A stretch of 57,991 bases of DNA from Acidobacteriota bacterium (GTDB lineage Bacteria; Acidobacteriota; Vicinamibacteria; Vicinamibacterales; UBA2999), in assembly GCA_046732795.1 (NCBI GenBank), contig JBKPNV010000113.1:1-57991 (forward strand), given 5' to 3'. The translations under genes and the position numbers were made by a program. Shown piece by piece: positions 36,445 through 45,684 of this stretch. Position 1 is the stretch's first letter; each line of letters begins with the position of its first letter. Under the pieces are notes generated by a model. The model was not told the DNA's origin and did no database searches. It saw nothing but the letters and a program-made list of their open reading frames with translations.

Positions 36445-36573
36445 GTTGGTGGTTGCAAGTTTGCTGGGTTGCTAGGTAGGTGGGTTGTTAGGTAGCTGCG
36501 TTACTGGGCAGATCAAGCTATCGAGCTACTCAGATACCCACGGCAGCCAGCTACCCAGCCTCTCAGTTACCTT
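36443..36573. repeat. degenerate 16-nt tandem repeats (reverse orientation of the 46741 family) followed by forward-oriented fragments
   Basis: Units are agtttgctgggttgct / aggtaggtgggttgtt / aggtagctgcgttact (36458-36505). The fragment ccagctacccagcc...cagttacct follows. The reverse complement of the 46741 unit is AGGTAGCTGGGTTACT. Confidence 0.6.
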
Positions 36574-38118
36574 CTAGTGCGCTGCGGCCGCTGGCCCGGC
36601 ACTCCCCTTCGGCTTGCGCATGATCAGGACGAGCGGGATCATGACGATAAAGACCATCCCGAGCAGCCGGAAGATATTGACGAACGAAACCATCGCCGCC
36701 TGCCGCTCGATCATCCCGTAGAGCGCGACATACGCCTGGTTCGTCGCGCTGACCGCATCGGCGCCCCCGGCCATGAAGCCGTTCCGCATCTGCTCGAACA
36801 CGCTCGCTGTCGTGGGATCGAACGCATTGACATGCTCACCGAGCAGCGCCGCGTTCGTTTGCCGCGTGCGCGCCAACATCGTGCCGGTCATTGCGATGCC
36901 GATGCCACCGCCGATGTTCCGCATCAGATTGAACAGGCTGGTTGCGTATCCCATTCGCTGAGGCGGAATGGTGGCCATCGACACCGTGGTCAACGGCACA
37001 AACAGCAGTGCCATCCCCGTGCCTTGAAGCAGTTGCGGCCAGAAGATGTCCCAGTAGCCCGCCTGCAGATTGATCTGCCCGAGCCAGATCATCGTCGCCC
37101 CGCCGATGAACAACCCCAAGGCAAGCAATATGCGCGCATCGACCTTGCTCGTCAGCATGCCCACCGTTGGCATCATGAAGAGCGATCCGATTCCGCGCGG
37201 CGCCATCGCCTTCCCGGCTTCGAGTGACGGATATCCGAAGAGTGACTGCAGCATGATCGGCAGCAGCACCAGGCCGCCGTAGAGCACGAACCCGAGCACC
37301 GTCATGAGAAAGACGCCGACCGAGTAGCTGCGGTCGGTGAACAGGTGCAGATCGAGGATCGGCTCCTTCGCGTGAAGCTGATGGATGACGAGCGCAATCA
37401 ACCCGGCGGCTGAGATGATCGCGAGCGTCGTGATCCTCGTCGAGGCGAACCAATCGTCCTGCTGGCCCTTATCGAGGACGAACTGCAGCGCGCCGATGCC
37501 GACGACGAGCAGCCCCATACCCCAGTAGTCGATGTGATTCGACTCGCGCCGGAGGTACGGCGGATCGAACACGTAGAGCTGCGTCATCAACAGAGACACG
37601 ATCCCGACGGGCAAGTTGATGTAGAAGACCCATCGCCAACTGTAGTTCTCAGTGACCCATCCGCCGAACACCGGTCCGAAGATTGGCGCGACGACGATAC
37701 CGAGCCCCCAGAAGCCCATGGCGCGTCCACGCTCTTCAGGCTTGAACGATTCGAGGAGAACCGCTTGCGAGAGCGGCTGCAGCGCTCCGCCAGTGGCGCC
37801 CTGGATGATGCGGAAGATCACGAGGGATGCAAGATTCGGCGCGGCGCCGCACAGAAATGACGCCAGGGTGAAGCCCGCGGTCGACCACATCAGCAGTCGC
37901 TTGCGGCCGAACGTGCCCGCCAGCCATCCGGTCATCGGCAGAATGATGGCGTTGGCCACGAGGTACGACGTCAGCGCCCACGTCGCCTCATCCGTTGTCG
38001 CTGACAGACTGCTGGCGATATGCGGCAGCGACACGTTGACCACCGTTGTGTCGAGCACCTCCATGAAGGTGGCGAACATCACCGCGAACGCGATGAGCCA
38101 GGGATTCACTTGCTTCAT
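36574..38118 (-). CDS. emrB: MFS transporter, DHA2 (EmrB/QacA) 14-TM drug efflux family
   Basis: N-terminal FMEVLDTTVVNVSLPHIA, G.L...FGRKR and 14 hydrophobic segments. Confidence 0.9.
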   Translation of the reverse strand: MKQVNPWLIAFAVMFATFMEVLDTTVVNVSLPHIASSLSATTDEATWALTSYLVANAIILPMTGWLAGTFGRKRLLMWSTAGFTLASFLCGAAPNLASLVIFRIIQGATGGALQPLSQAVLLESFKPEERGRAMGFWGLGIVVAPIFGPVFGGWVTENYSWRWVFYINLPVGIVSLLMTQLYVFDPPYLRRESNHIDYWGMGLLVVGIGALQFVLDKGQQDDWFASTRITTLAIISAAGLIALVIHQLHAKEPILDLHLFTDRSYSVGVFLMTVLGFVLYGGLVLLPIMLQSLFGYPSLEAGKAMAPRGIGSLFMMPTVGMLTSKVDARILLALGLFIGGATMIWLGQINLQAGYWDIFWPQLLQGTGMALLFVPLTTVSMATIPPQRMGYATSLFNLMRNIGGGIGIAMTGTMLARTRQTNAALLGEHVNAFDPTTASVFEQMRNGFMAGGADAVSATNQAYVALYGMIERQAAMVSFVNIFRLLGMVFIVMIPLVLIMRKPKGSAGPAAAAH

Positions 38119-38125
38119 GTCAAGA

Positions 38126-38176
38126 ACACCGGGTGTGATTGTCGCCGGGCTCCGTAATGAAAATCACACCCGGTGT
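38126..38176. repeat. inverted repeat acaccgggtgtgatt / aatcacacccggtgt (15-bp perfect arms, 21-nt loop)
   Basis: Arms at 38126-38140 and 38162-38176. It lies between the emrA stop (38179) and the emrB start (38118). The core is the same as at 271-321. Confidence 0.75.
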
Positions 38177-38178
38177 CA

Positions 38179-39387
38179 TTACTCCCTCGTATACACCGTC
38201 GGAACCACCGACATGCCCGGTCGCAGCAGGTGTTCGGGATCCTGTCCCTCATCCAGCAGGATTCGCACCGGCACTCGCTGCACGATCTTCACGTAGTTGC
38301 CAGTGGCGTTGTCTGGCGGCAGCAGGCTGAAGCGCGAACCGGTTGCGGCAGCCAGGCTCTCCACCTTTCCACTGAACTCACGGCCGCCGTACGCATCGAC
38401 CTCGATCTTCACGCGCTGTCCCGCACGCATGTTCTCGAGCTGCGTCTCCTTGAAATTGGCTGTCACCCACACGCGGTCGAGCGGAATGATAGTCATCAGC
38501 GGCTGCCCGGGTTGAATCACCTGCCCCACCTCGACGCTTTTGCGGCTGACGATACCCTTGACCGGTGCTTTGACGGTGGTGTATTCGAGATTCAGTTCCG
38601 CCTGTTTCACCATGGCCTTGTTCTGCCGTACTTTCGCATCGGCCGCATCGGCGCGCGCCCGCGAGGCAGTCACCTGCTCGGGCGCCGTTTGTGCGGTCTT
38701 CAATCCCGCCGATGCCTGCCCGCGTCCGACGCCTGCTTGTGACAGACGGCTTTCAGCGACGCGGATGCCGAGCTCGGCCTCCTTGACCTGTGCCTGAACG
38801 GACTCCGTGGCCGCCTTGTTCGCGGCCGCCTCCGCGACAGCGGCATCGAACTGCTGTTGCGCAATTTCATCCTTGGCCAGCAGCGGCTTGAGCCGCTCGA
38901 CATCGCGGCTCGACTTCAATGCATTGGCTGCCGCTTCGCGTTCACGGGCCTGCGCCGTCGACAGCCGCGTGCGCGCCATTTCGACGGCCTGCTGCGCCTC
39001 GAGGTACGAAGCCTCGGCCTGCTCCACGCCGCCCCGTGCCGTCGTCACATTGCTCGACGCTGTTGTCGACGTGATCGGCACACTGGCTCGCGCAGCGACC
39101 GCCGCCGCCTCTGCATCCGCAAGCTCGGCGCGGGCACGCTCGAGCGCGACCTCGTAGTCGCGCTTGTCGATCTCAACGAGAACCGCGCCCGCCTCAACCT
39201 CCTGATTGGGTTCGACGGGCACGTGAAGCACCGTTCCGCCAACACGCGAGGCAATCGGAGTGATATGCGCGTCGACCTGGGCGTCATCGGTCGACTCGTG
39301 TCCCGCCGCGATCCACCACCAGACACCGATCCCGATGGCAACGACAAGCACGACCCCGATGAGAATTCGAACACGCGTATTGGTCAT
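38179..39387 (-). CDS. emrA: HlyD/EmrA-family membrane fusion protein
   Basis: N-terminal TM, TDDAQV...I.PI.S.V.G.V, a long coiled-coil and a C-terminal beta-barrel (...VKIVQRVPVRI). Confidence 0.9.
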   Translation of the reverse strand: MTNTRVRILIGVVLVVAIGIGVWWWIAAGHESTDDAQVDAHITPIASRVGGTVLHVPVEPNQEVEAGAVLVEIDKRDYEVALERARAELADAEAAAVAARASVPITSTTASSNVTTARGGVEQAEASYLEAQQAVEMARTRLSTAQAREREAAANALKSSRDVERLKPLLAKDEIAQQQFDAAVAEAAANKAATESVQAQVKEAELGIRVAESRLSQAGVGRGQASAGLKTAQTAPEQVTASRARADAADAKVRQNKAMVKQAELNLEYTTVKAPVKGIVSRKSVEVGQVIQPGQPLMTIIPLDRVWVTANFKETQLENMRAGQRVKIEVDAYGGREFSGKVESLAAATGSRFSLLPPDNATGNYVKIVQRVPVRILLDEGQDPEHLLRPGMSVVPTVYTRE

Positions 39388-40799
39388 TTCGTTAACGGGC
39401 CTCCGAGGTACTTCGCGACTGCCTCTTCGGCGGTTCCGAGCGATCGAGCCAGCATCGCCTTCGCCAGGTTGAAACCGTACATCGCGGCGATGTACTGTTC
39501 GCTGGCCAGCGCAACGGCCTCCTGCGATTGGACCACCTCGATATTGGACGCCACACCCGCCGCGAAGCGATCCCGTGACTGCGTCAACTGCATGTCGGCC
39601 AGCTCGCGCCCCCGCGTCGCGGTCTGCAGCACTTCCTCGGTCGCTTTCAAGTCGAGGAAGGCCGATTGCACGTCGTAGTAGATCTCCGACCGCGTGTCAT
39701 CGGCTTCGGCACGTCTGGTCCTCAGCTCGGCATCGGCCTGTGCGAGACGACCCTGCACGCGTCCACCCTCGAAGATTGGTACTCTCACTTCGCCGAGGAC
39801 ATTGAAGGTCGGGAGCGCATCGCTCCAATGCAGACCAATGGCTCCGTAGTCCGCCGACAAGCGCAATGAGGGAAGCGCCTCGCCGACGATCGCCTTCCGC
39901 GACGCTTCCGCTGCCTGCACACGTTCCAGTGCAGCAAGGTAATCAGGGCGATCGCGATAGGCGCGCTCGAGCGCCTGGTCGAGCGTCATTTCAGGAACGG
40001 GCACGGACGGAATCTCCTGGCTCAGCGTGAACGTCTGTCCCACCGGCAAGCCGATCACACGCGCAAGCTGGAGCTTCGACTTCTCGAACTCGTTGGTCGC
40101 GGCGGTGACACGCTGGCGCTCGGTGCTCAGCCGCACTTCAGCGCGAACGACGTCGATTCCCGCGACGAGCCCGCCCGCCCTGAGGCTGATCGCCTGCTGA
40201 TGCAGCGTCGTGGCCGTTTCAAGTTGCGCCCGAGCCGTGTCGGCGCGCGCGCTGGCCGCGATGGTCTGCAAATAGGCGTTGGCCGCCACCAGGACGACCA
40301 GATCCCTGGCGCTGCGAAAGGCGTGTCTGATGGCAGTGGCTGAGTGCTCCGATGCTCGAAATTCGTTGAGCGCGCTCATGTCGAGCACCGTCTGCGAGAG
40401 GAAGACTCGCGCATCAAAGACACTGAATGGACCAACAATGCGCGGGAACTCCTCGCGAAGCGGAAAGCCAAACGCTTCCAGGTTCGTCTTGCGACGTGCG
40501 CCAGAGATGTTTCCGCTGACGTGCGGCAGAAGCGCGCTGAGCGCGACGGTGCGAGCTCCTGCTCCGCCATTGGAAGCCTCTTCCGCCAGCAGGACGCCGA
40601 GATTGTGGTCGAGCGCCCGCTTGATCACCTCGGCAATGGACAACGACAAGGTGTCGAGGGTAGCGGCTCCCTGAGGGACCCCGCCTCGGAACGGGCTATC
40701 GGGCGGGAGCGTGTCGCGAATCTGTCCGAACGAGGCGACCGGGAGAACGATGCACACGGCGGCTAACGCTGCCGATCGAAGAGTCTGTCTGGAAGTCAC
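39384..40799 (-). CDS. TolC-family outer membrane efflux protein
   Basis: Two OEP repeats. Its stop overlaps the emrA start. Confidence 0.9.
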   Translation of the reverse strand: MTSRQTLRSAALAAVCIVLPVASFGQIRDTLPPDSPFRGGVPQGAATLDTLSLSIAEVIKRALDHNLGVLLAEEASNGGAGARTVALSALLPHVSGNISGARRKTNLEAFGFPLREEFPRIVGPFSVFDARVFLSQTVLDMSALNEFRASEHSATAIRHAFRSARDLVVLVAANAYLQTIAASARADTARAQLETATTLHQQAISLRAGGLVAGIDVVRAEVRLSTERQRVTAATNEFEKSKLQLARVIGLPVGQTFTLSQEIPSVPVPEMTLDQALERAYRDRPDYLAALERVQAAEASRKAIVGEALPSLRLSADYGAIGLHWSDALPTFNVLGEVRVPIFEGGRVQGRLAQADAELRTRRAEADDTRSEIYYDVQSAFLDLKATEEVLQTATRGRELADMQLTQSRDRFAAGVASNIEVVQSQEAVALASEQYIAAMYGFNLAKAMLARSLGTAEEAVAKYLGGPLTK

Positions 40800-40991
40800 T
40801 CGAGACGTGCCTCAGTGAGACCGCGGATGAGAAGCAACCGGCGGAGATCTGAGTATGGTGCAGAGGCTGTGCCGGGAACAACTGCGGAGGCCCGCGGAAG
40901 TCGGACCACAGAACGAACCAAGGACGAAGAACGAAAGGCCCCGGACCCGCGCGAGCGCAGGCGTCAGGCTGGCGCCCCCGTGCGGTCGAGA

Positions 40992-41465
40992 TCAGGCTGG
41001 TTTGGCTTTGAGCGCGCCGATTTGCACGAGCAAACCGGTAAAGTCGTAAATGCGCCGCTCGCGCACGATCTTGCCGTTTTCGAGCTGGTAGAAAAACACC
41101 GCCGGCATCGTGAAGCGCTTGCCTGTCGGCGGAATTCCCAGGAACTCACCGATATGCGTTCCCTCCAGCTCTAACAGGGTGACTGCGTTGTTCCCGTCCA
41201 CGATGAGGTTGTCGACCTTCGTCGTGAGATCGAGGAACGCATTGAAGATGACTCGAAACGCGCGCTCGGCTGCTCCCGGACCGGTGTGCACACCGGCTGT
41301 CGGGCTTTCGATCACGGCGTTTTCAGCGTAATCGGCGGCAAGGGCGGCAGCATCGAGGTCCTCGTACGCCTCCCAGCGACGCTGGATGAAGTCCTGCATC
41401 TGCTGTCGGGTCATGACGGTCTGGGGATCCCCAGTGCCGGCTACGGTTGGGTGATTTGTCGTCAT
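40992..41465 (-). CDS. SnoaL-like ester cyclase family protein
   Basis: ...GTHIGEFLGIPPTGKRFTMPAVFFYQLENGKIVRERRIYDFTGLL is typical of ester cyclases. Confidence 0.8.
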   Translation of the reverse strand: MTTNHPTVAGTGDPQTVMTRQQMQDFIQRRWEAYEDLDAAALAADYAENAVIESPTAGVHTGPGAAERAFRVIFNAFLDLTTKVDNLIVDGNNAVTLLELEGTHIGEFLGIPPTGKRFTMPAVFFYQLENGKIVRERRIYDFTGLLVQIGALKAKPA

Positions 41466-41609
41466 CCCGTCCCCCCTTTTTTCACGCGCCCCATTGACGC
41501 GAACGGATTATAAAGGAAAGTACATAGTCGGTAGAGCTTCCGAACCGCAGAATTGCGTGCAAATCGTGCAGCTCTGCTGTAAGCGTGTTGCTAAGATCTG
41601 CGAAGTTCG

Positions 41610-42197
41610 ATGACGAATCAAGGGCCTCTGGCACTTACCAGGGAGATCGACGAGTTCCGCCGACAGTTCGAGCAGATTTCCGCCGATGCCGACGCTCTCG
41701 TCGCGCCGCTCGTGGATGACCAGTTCACCTGGAAGCCCGGGCCCACCAAGTGGTCTGTCGCTGAATGCCTCGAGCATCTGAATGCGACCGCGCGCTCGTA
41801 CTTACCCGCCATCGATGAAGGAATTGCCGACGCGATCAGGCACGGCGCATATGCGGAAGGCCCTTTTCACTACAACGTGATCGGTCGCCTGTTCTCGCAT
41901 CTGATGGAGCCACCGGCGCGATTCCGTATGAGCACGTCGACCGATAAGCAACCCGGCCCGCACCGTCCGAAACGCGAAACCCTCGCCGGCTTTCGCGCCT
42001 ATCAGGTCCAGTACGTCGACCGTCTTCGGCAGGCCAATGGGATCGATTTGTCACGCTCGTGCGTGCGATCGCCGCTGGCCTCGTGGATCCGTATACCCTT
42101 GGGCTCAGCGTTCGCGGCGATGGCCGCTCACGAGCGACGGCACTTGTGGCAGGCGCGACGGATCACTCAGATGGATGGCTTCCCGAGTCCCGGCTAG
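41610..42197 (+). CDS. DinB family protein
   Basis: KWSVAECLEHLNAT...AAHERRHLWQARRI. Confidence 0.8.
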   Translation: MTNQGPLALTREIDEFRRQFEQISADADALVAPLVDDQFTWKPGPTKWSVAECLEHLNATARSYLPAIDEGIADAIRHGAYAEGPFHYNVIGRLFSHLMEPPARFRMSTSTDKQPGPHRPKRETLAGFRAYQVQYVDRLRQANGIDLSRSCVRSPLASWIRIPLGSAFAAMAAHERRHLWQARRITQMDGFPSPG

Positions 42198-45109
42198 AAC
42201 TGTTGGCTCGATGTCGAGCCTGATTCGAGCGCAACGGCAGCATGAGAGCGTCGAGGATCGGCGCCCCCTTCTATGAAGCCATGCTCCTCGTCGATGAGAA
42301 CGGCAGACGCAAACCCGTACCGGAACTCGCCCTTGCGGCCAATCTTCTGAAAGCTGTGCCCGCGTGCCTTCAGTTCCTGCACCACTGACCTCGGAAATCG
42401 ATCTTCGATCTCCACACGCGCTCCCCGCCCACTGACGTCAGCGGGATCACGCGTCACCAAAAACCGCGGCGCTTCAATCGCCTGCTGCATCGACATGCCG
42501 CCGTCGATGACGCCGGTGACGATCGAGTACGTGGAGGCCGGGATCCACGCGTTCCCTGCCGACGCTACTGCAAAACGTGGAGTGAGCGTGCCGCCACGCT
42601 CGTTGAACACGATCATCGGTACGTTGGCTGTATTGGATCGCGTGAGCGGCTTCAACTGCCCGTACGTACCGGCGACCGTGCGATTCGATCTGAGGTGGTT
42701 GTTGTAGAGAAATCCAAGCCCGCGCGAGACATAGAACGACCCTCCCCACGTGCTCAATGTTTGCGTGATCGCAATCACATTCCCCTCGACATCGGCCACG
42801 ACAAAACCGCTGGTGCCGCTGCCGATCCGCTCCGGCCCGCCACCGATTTCGTCTGAGTCTTCGGGGAATACCTGCGCGTGCCGAGGATCGATCCGATTGA
42901 ACAGGTTCGCGGCATGGCCGGCTTCGAGATGCTCGTCGAAATCGACCGGCCACTGCGCCGGATCGGCGATGCGCGCGACGCGATCGCGTAGCTTCCACGA
43001 TTCGATGAGATAGTGCCAGTACTCGGCGTCGGTGACGGGCGTGGCGTGCTCCCGCGGCTTGTAATTGGCCAGCACCTGGAACGCCTCCAGCAGCGATACG
43101 CCGGCGCCGACGGGAGGCCCACCGGTTACGAGGACGTGACCGCGATAATGGCCGCTGATCGGCGTGCGTTCGATCGCGCGATACTGCGCCAGATCGTCGT
43201 AGGTGATCAGACCGTCATTCGCCTGCATGTCCGCGGCGATCCGACGCGCCAGCGATCCACGGTAGAACGACTCGGCACCCTCGGACGCAATCGTGCGAAG
43301 CGTCGTCGCGTAGTCGCGATTGACGAAGCGATCGCCCGCCTTCGGCACGCGTCCGTTGGGCAGGTAGATGCGCGCGGCGGCCGTGTACTTCTGGAAGTAC
43401 TGCCGTCCCTCCGCGATGCTCGACGGCAGCGTTTGATCGAGCACGAATCCCTGTTCCGCATACGCGATAGCCGGCGCGATCAGATCGGACCACGCGACCC
43501 GTCCACTGCCGTATCGCGTGTAGAGGTAGTCCATGCCGGCAACGACGCCGGGAATGTTGGCCGACAGCGGTCCATCGCCGACCAGCCGCGCGCCACGAAA
43601 GATCCGCGGGTTGTCGAGCGTGGCGCCGCCCGGGGTCATGTCCTTGAAATCCACCACCGACGGCTCAGGCATGCCGCTCATGAACAACACCGCCTGGCCA
43701 TCACCCCCGATACCCGACGCATCGGGCTCGACGACGCCGAGCACGAACGATACCGCAATCGCCGCATCGACAATGTTGCCGCCACGCGCGAGAATCGCGC
43801 GCCCGGCTTCCGACGCAAGCGGATGCGCGGAGACGACCACCGCCCGTGACGATGTCACCTGTGGTTTCACCAGCGGTTGCCGGACGATCATCTGATCGAT
43901 GACGTCCTCGAACGCACCTTCCGACCGGGCTTGTTCCGCACGCGGTTCAAGCTCGACGCGGAGACGATCCCACGCCCGCGCGCCGTCGCCTGATGAGTAG
44001 TACATGCGCTTGAGCGTGGACCAGACGCTCTCGAACGCTCGCCGGTACGGTGACGGCGTCAGCGATGACGGCGCCGCCACGGCGCGTGTCCCTTCGTCGA
44101 CGGCGCGCGGCGCCGGAACGATCCAGAGCCGGTATGCCCGGCCGTCTCCGAAGAGCGCAGGCGGATCGTCGCGATCGCGTCGTGGGTTCCCGTTGTAACC
44201 GGGATCGGGTTCCGGAATTTCCCCGATGGCAAGCTGGCGTCCGTCAGGCGACCATGTCAGCGTGCCGCCGTGTCTCGAGACGAGCACCGACGGCGAGATC
44301 GGGCGGCCAGGCGAGATGGAATCCGCATCGCCCAGAGGATTGACGCTGGTCACCCATGTCGATCCGACGCCGTCGCGGACCGAGTAATACGCGAGCCGCG
44401 TGCCGTCAGGCGACCACTCCGGAAAACCGTCATAGCCAGGCTGTCGAGCCAGCCGCACCGCTGGTCCGCGCCCGCCACTCGACGCCGGCGCCGTGCGATC
44501 GAACAGGCGCATCATCCAGATGTCGAAGTCGCCATCATCGCTGTTGCGGTTCGAGGTGAACGCGATGCGGCGGCCGTCCGGGGATACCCGCGGCTGCAGT
44601 TCGTCGTCGGGTGACTGCGTCAACCGAAGCGGAATGCGATCCGCCTCGGGGCCGGACGGATCGACAAGGAACAAATCCCACTGCAGTTCATCGGCCGAGC
44701 GATGCGCGAAGACGATTCGACCGTCAGGAGTCCACGACGGCGTGCGCTCGTCGCCCTCGAGGTCGAGTACTTTATCCGGGATGCCGCCGCGCGGGTCGAT
44801 GACATAGAGATCGAAACCGTCACCGCGATCGGCGACGAAGACGATCCGCTTGCCATCGAACGACCAGGCGGGCTCGCGTTCGGACTCGGCGACGCGCGTC
44901 AGCTCACGCGCGTCGCGCCCATCGGGCGCCGTCATCCAAATTCGATCGAGGATCACCACTGCCAGACGTTTACCGTCGGGAGACCAGGCGGGATCGCGCA
45001 TGCCGGTCGGGCCGGTCTGCGCATTCGGCGAGAGCGAGAGCACACAGACGAGAACCGCTGTGGCCAGAAGGCGGCCTGCACTGACACGTTCGCGGGGAGG
45101 TGTGATCAG
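42194..45109 (-). CDS. ggt: fusion of a TolB-like PD40 beta-propeller with gamma-glutamyltranspeptidase; start uncertain
   Basis: PD40 repeats are WSPDGKRLAV, WSFDGKRIVFVADR, WTPDGRIVF, VSPDGRRIAFTSNR, WSPDGTRLAYYS and WSPDGRQLAI. A full GGT follows (AVVVSAHPLASEAGRAIL..GGN.VDAA......EP..SGIGGDG ... GSGTSGFVVAD). The ATG at 45343 would overlap the + strand gene 45145..45636 and add an Arg-rich tail. The signal-like RLLATAVLVCVLSLSPNAQ has only CTG/ATC codons upstream, with AAGGAAGAG 4 nt before CTG 45109. Confidence 0.8.
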   Translation of the reverse strand: MITPPRERVSAGRLLATAVLVCVLSLSPNAQTGPTGMRDPAWSPDGKRLAVVILDRIWMTAPDGRDARELTRVAESEREPAWSFDGKRIVFVADRGDGFDLYVIDPRGGIPDKVLDLEGDERTPSWTPDGRIVFAHRSADELQWDLFLVDPSGPEADRIPLRLTQSPDDELQPRVSPDGRRIAFTSNRNSDDGDFDIWMMRLFDRTAPASSGGRGPAVRLARQPGYDGFPEWSPDGTRLAYYSVRDGVGSTWVTSVNPLGDADSISPGRPISPSVLVSRHGGTLTWSPDGRQLAIGEIPEPDPGYNGNPRRDRDDPPALFGDGRAYRLWIVPAPRAVDEGTRAVAAPSSLTPSPYRRAFESVWSTLKRMYYSSGDGARAWDRLRVELEPRAEQARSEGAFEDVIDQMIVRQPLVKPQVTSSRAVVVSAHPLASEAGRAILARGGNIVDAAIAVSFVLGVVEPDASGIGGDGQAVLFMSGMPEPSVVDFKDMTPGGATLDNPRIFRGARLVGDGPLSANIPGVVAGMDYLYTRYGSGRVAWSDLIAPAIAYAEQGFVLDQTLPSSIAEGRQYFQKYTAAARIYLPNGRVPKAGDRFVNRDYATTLRTIASEGAESFYRGSLARRIAADMQANDGLITYDDLAQYRAIERTPISGHYRGHVLVTGGPPVGAGVSLLEAFQVLANYKPREHATPVTDAEYWHYLIESWKLRDRVARIADPAQWPVDFDEHLEAGHAANLFNRIDPRHAQVFPEDSDEIGGGPERIGSGTSGFVVADVEGNVIAITQTLSTWGGSFYVSRGLGFLYNNHLRSNRTVAGTYGQLKPLTRSNTANVPMIVFNERGGTLTPRFAVASAGNAWIPASTYSIVTGVIDGGMSMQQAIEAPRFLVTRDPADVSGRGARVEIEDRFPRSVVQELKARGHSFQKIGRKGEFRYGFASAVLIDEEHGFIEGGADPRRSHAAVALESGSTSSQQF

Positions 45110-45144
45110 GCCGCTCTTCCTTCTCTGCTCATTATAATGACCGG

Positions 45145-45636
45145 GTGCTCGCGCTGCGGTACGTCTATGTCCTTGCGCTGGCCATATGGCTAGGCGGGAT
45201 GGTCGTACTCGGCGCCGTGGTCGCGCCCACGACCTTTCAGATGCTTCAGGCCATTGAGCCGTCGACCGGCCGGCTGCTGGGCGGTGCCGTCTTTGGCGCG
45301 ATTCTCTCGCGGTTTCACTACGTTGCCTATGGCGCCGGCACATTGGCGCTGCTTGCGCTTGCGGCCATGGCCTTGCTCGGTCCGCGCCCGGTCGCGTTCG
45401 CCGTCCGCTCAGCCATTGTCGCGCTGATGCTCATGATGACCCTGTACTCGGGGGTCGTCGTTCTTCGCGGAGTCGATTCGATCCAGCGGGAAGTTGGCGG
45501 GCTGCCTTCGAGCCTGCCAGGGAGCGACGAGCGCCGCGCGCGGTTTGACCAGCTTCATCAGCTCTCGACGCGGCTGATGATGATCAACATCGTCGGTGCG
45601 CTCACGTTGCTCTATTGGGAAGCGAGAGAGCGCTGA
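45145..45636 (+). CDS. DUF4149-like 4-TM membrane protein
   Basis: GTG start. MLALRYVYVLALAIWLGGMVVLGAVVAP..F plus three further TM segments. Confidence 0.65.
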   Translation: MLALRYVYVLALAIWLGGMVVLGAVVAPTTFQMLQAIEPSTGRLLGGAVFGAILSRFHYVAYGAGTLALLALAAMALLGPRPVAFAVRSAIVALMLMMTLYSGVVVLRGVDSIQREVGGLPSSLPGSDERRARFDQLHQLSTRLMMINIVGALTLLYWEARER

Positions 45637-45684
45637 ACTTCTAACTCCCGATGTCCAACTCCCACGCCTCAGAGGCATTCGACT

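Noticed and set aside
41490-41525. Promoter-like TTGACG ... TATAAA between the SnoaL-like and DinB genes
   Set aside because: The spacer is only about 9 nt, which is incompatible with a sigma-70 -35/-10 pair.
43013-43849. 278-aa plus-strand ORF
   Set aside because: It is antisense to the GGT domain, which carries clear family motifs.
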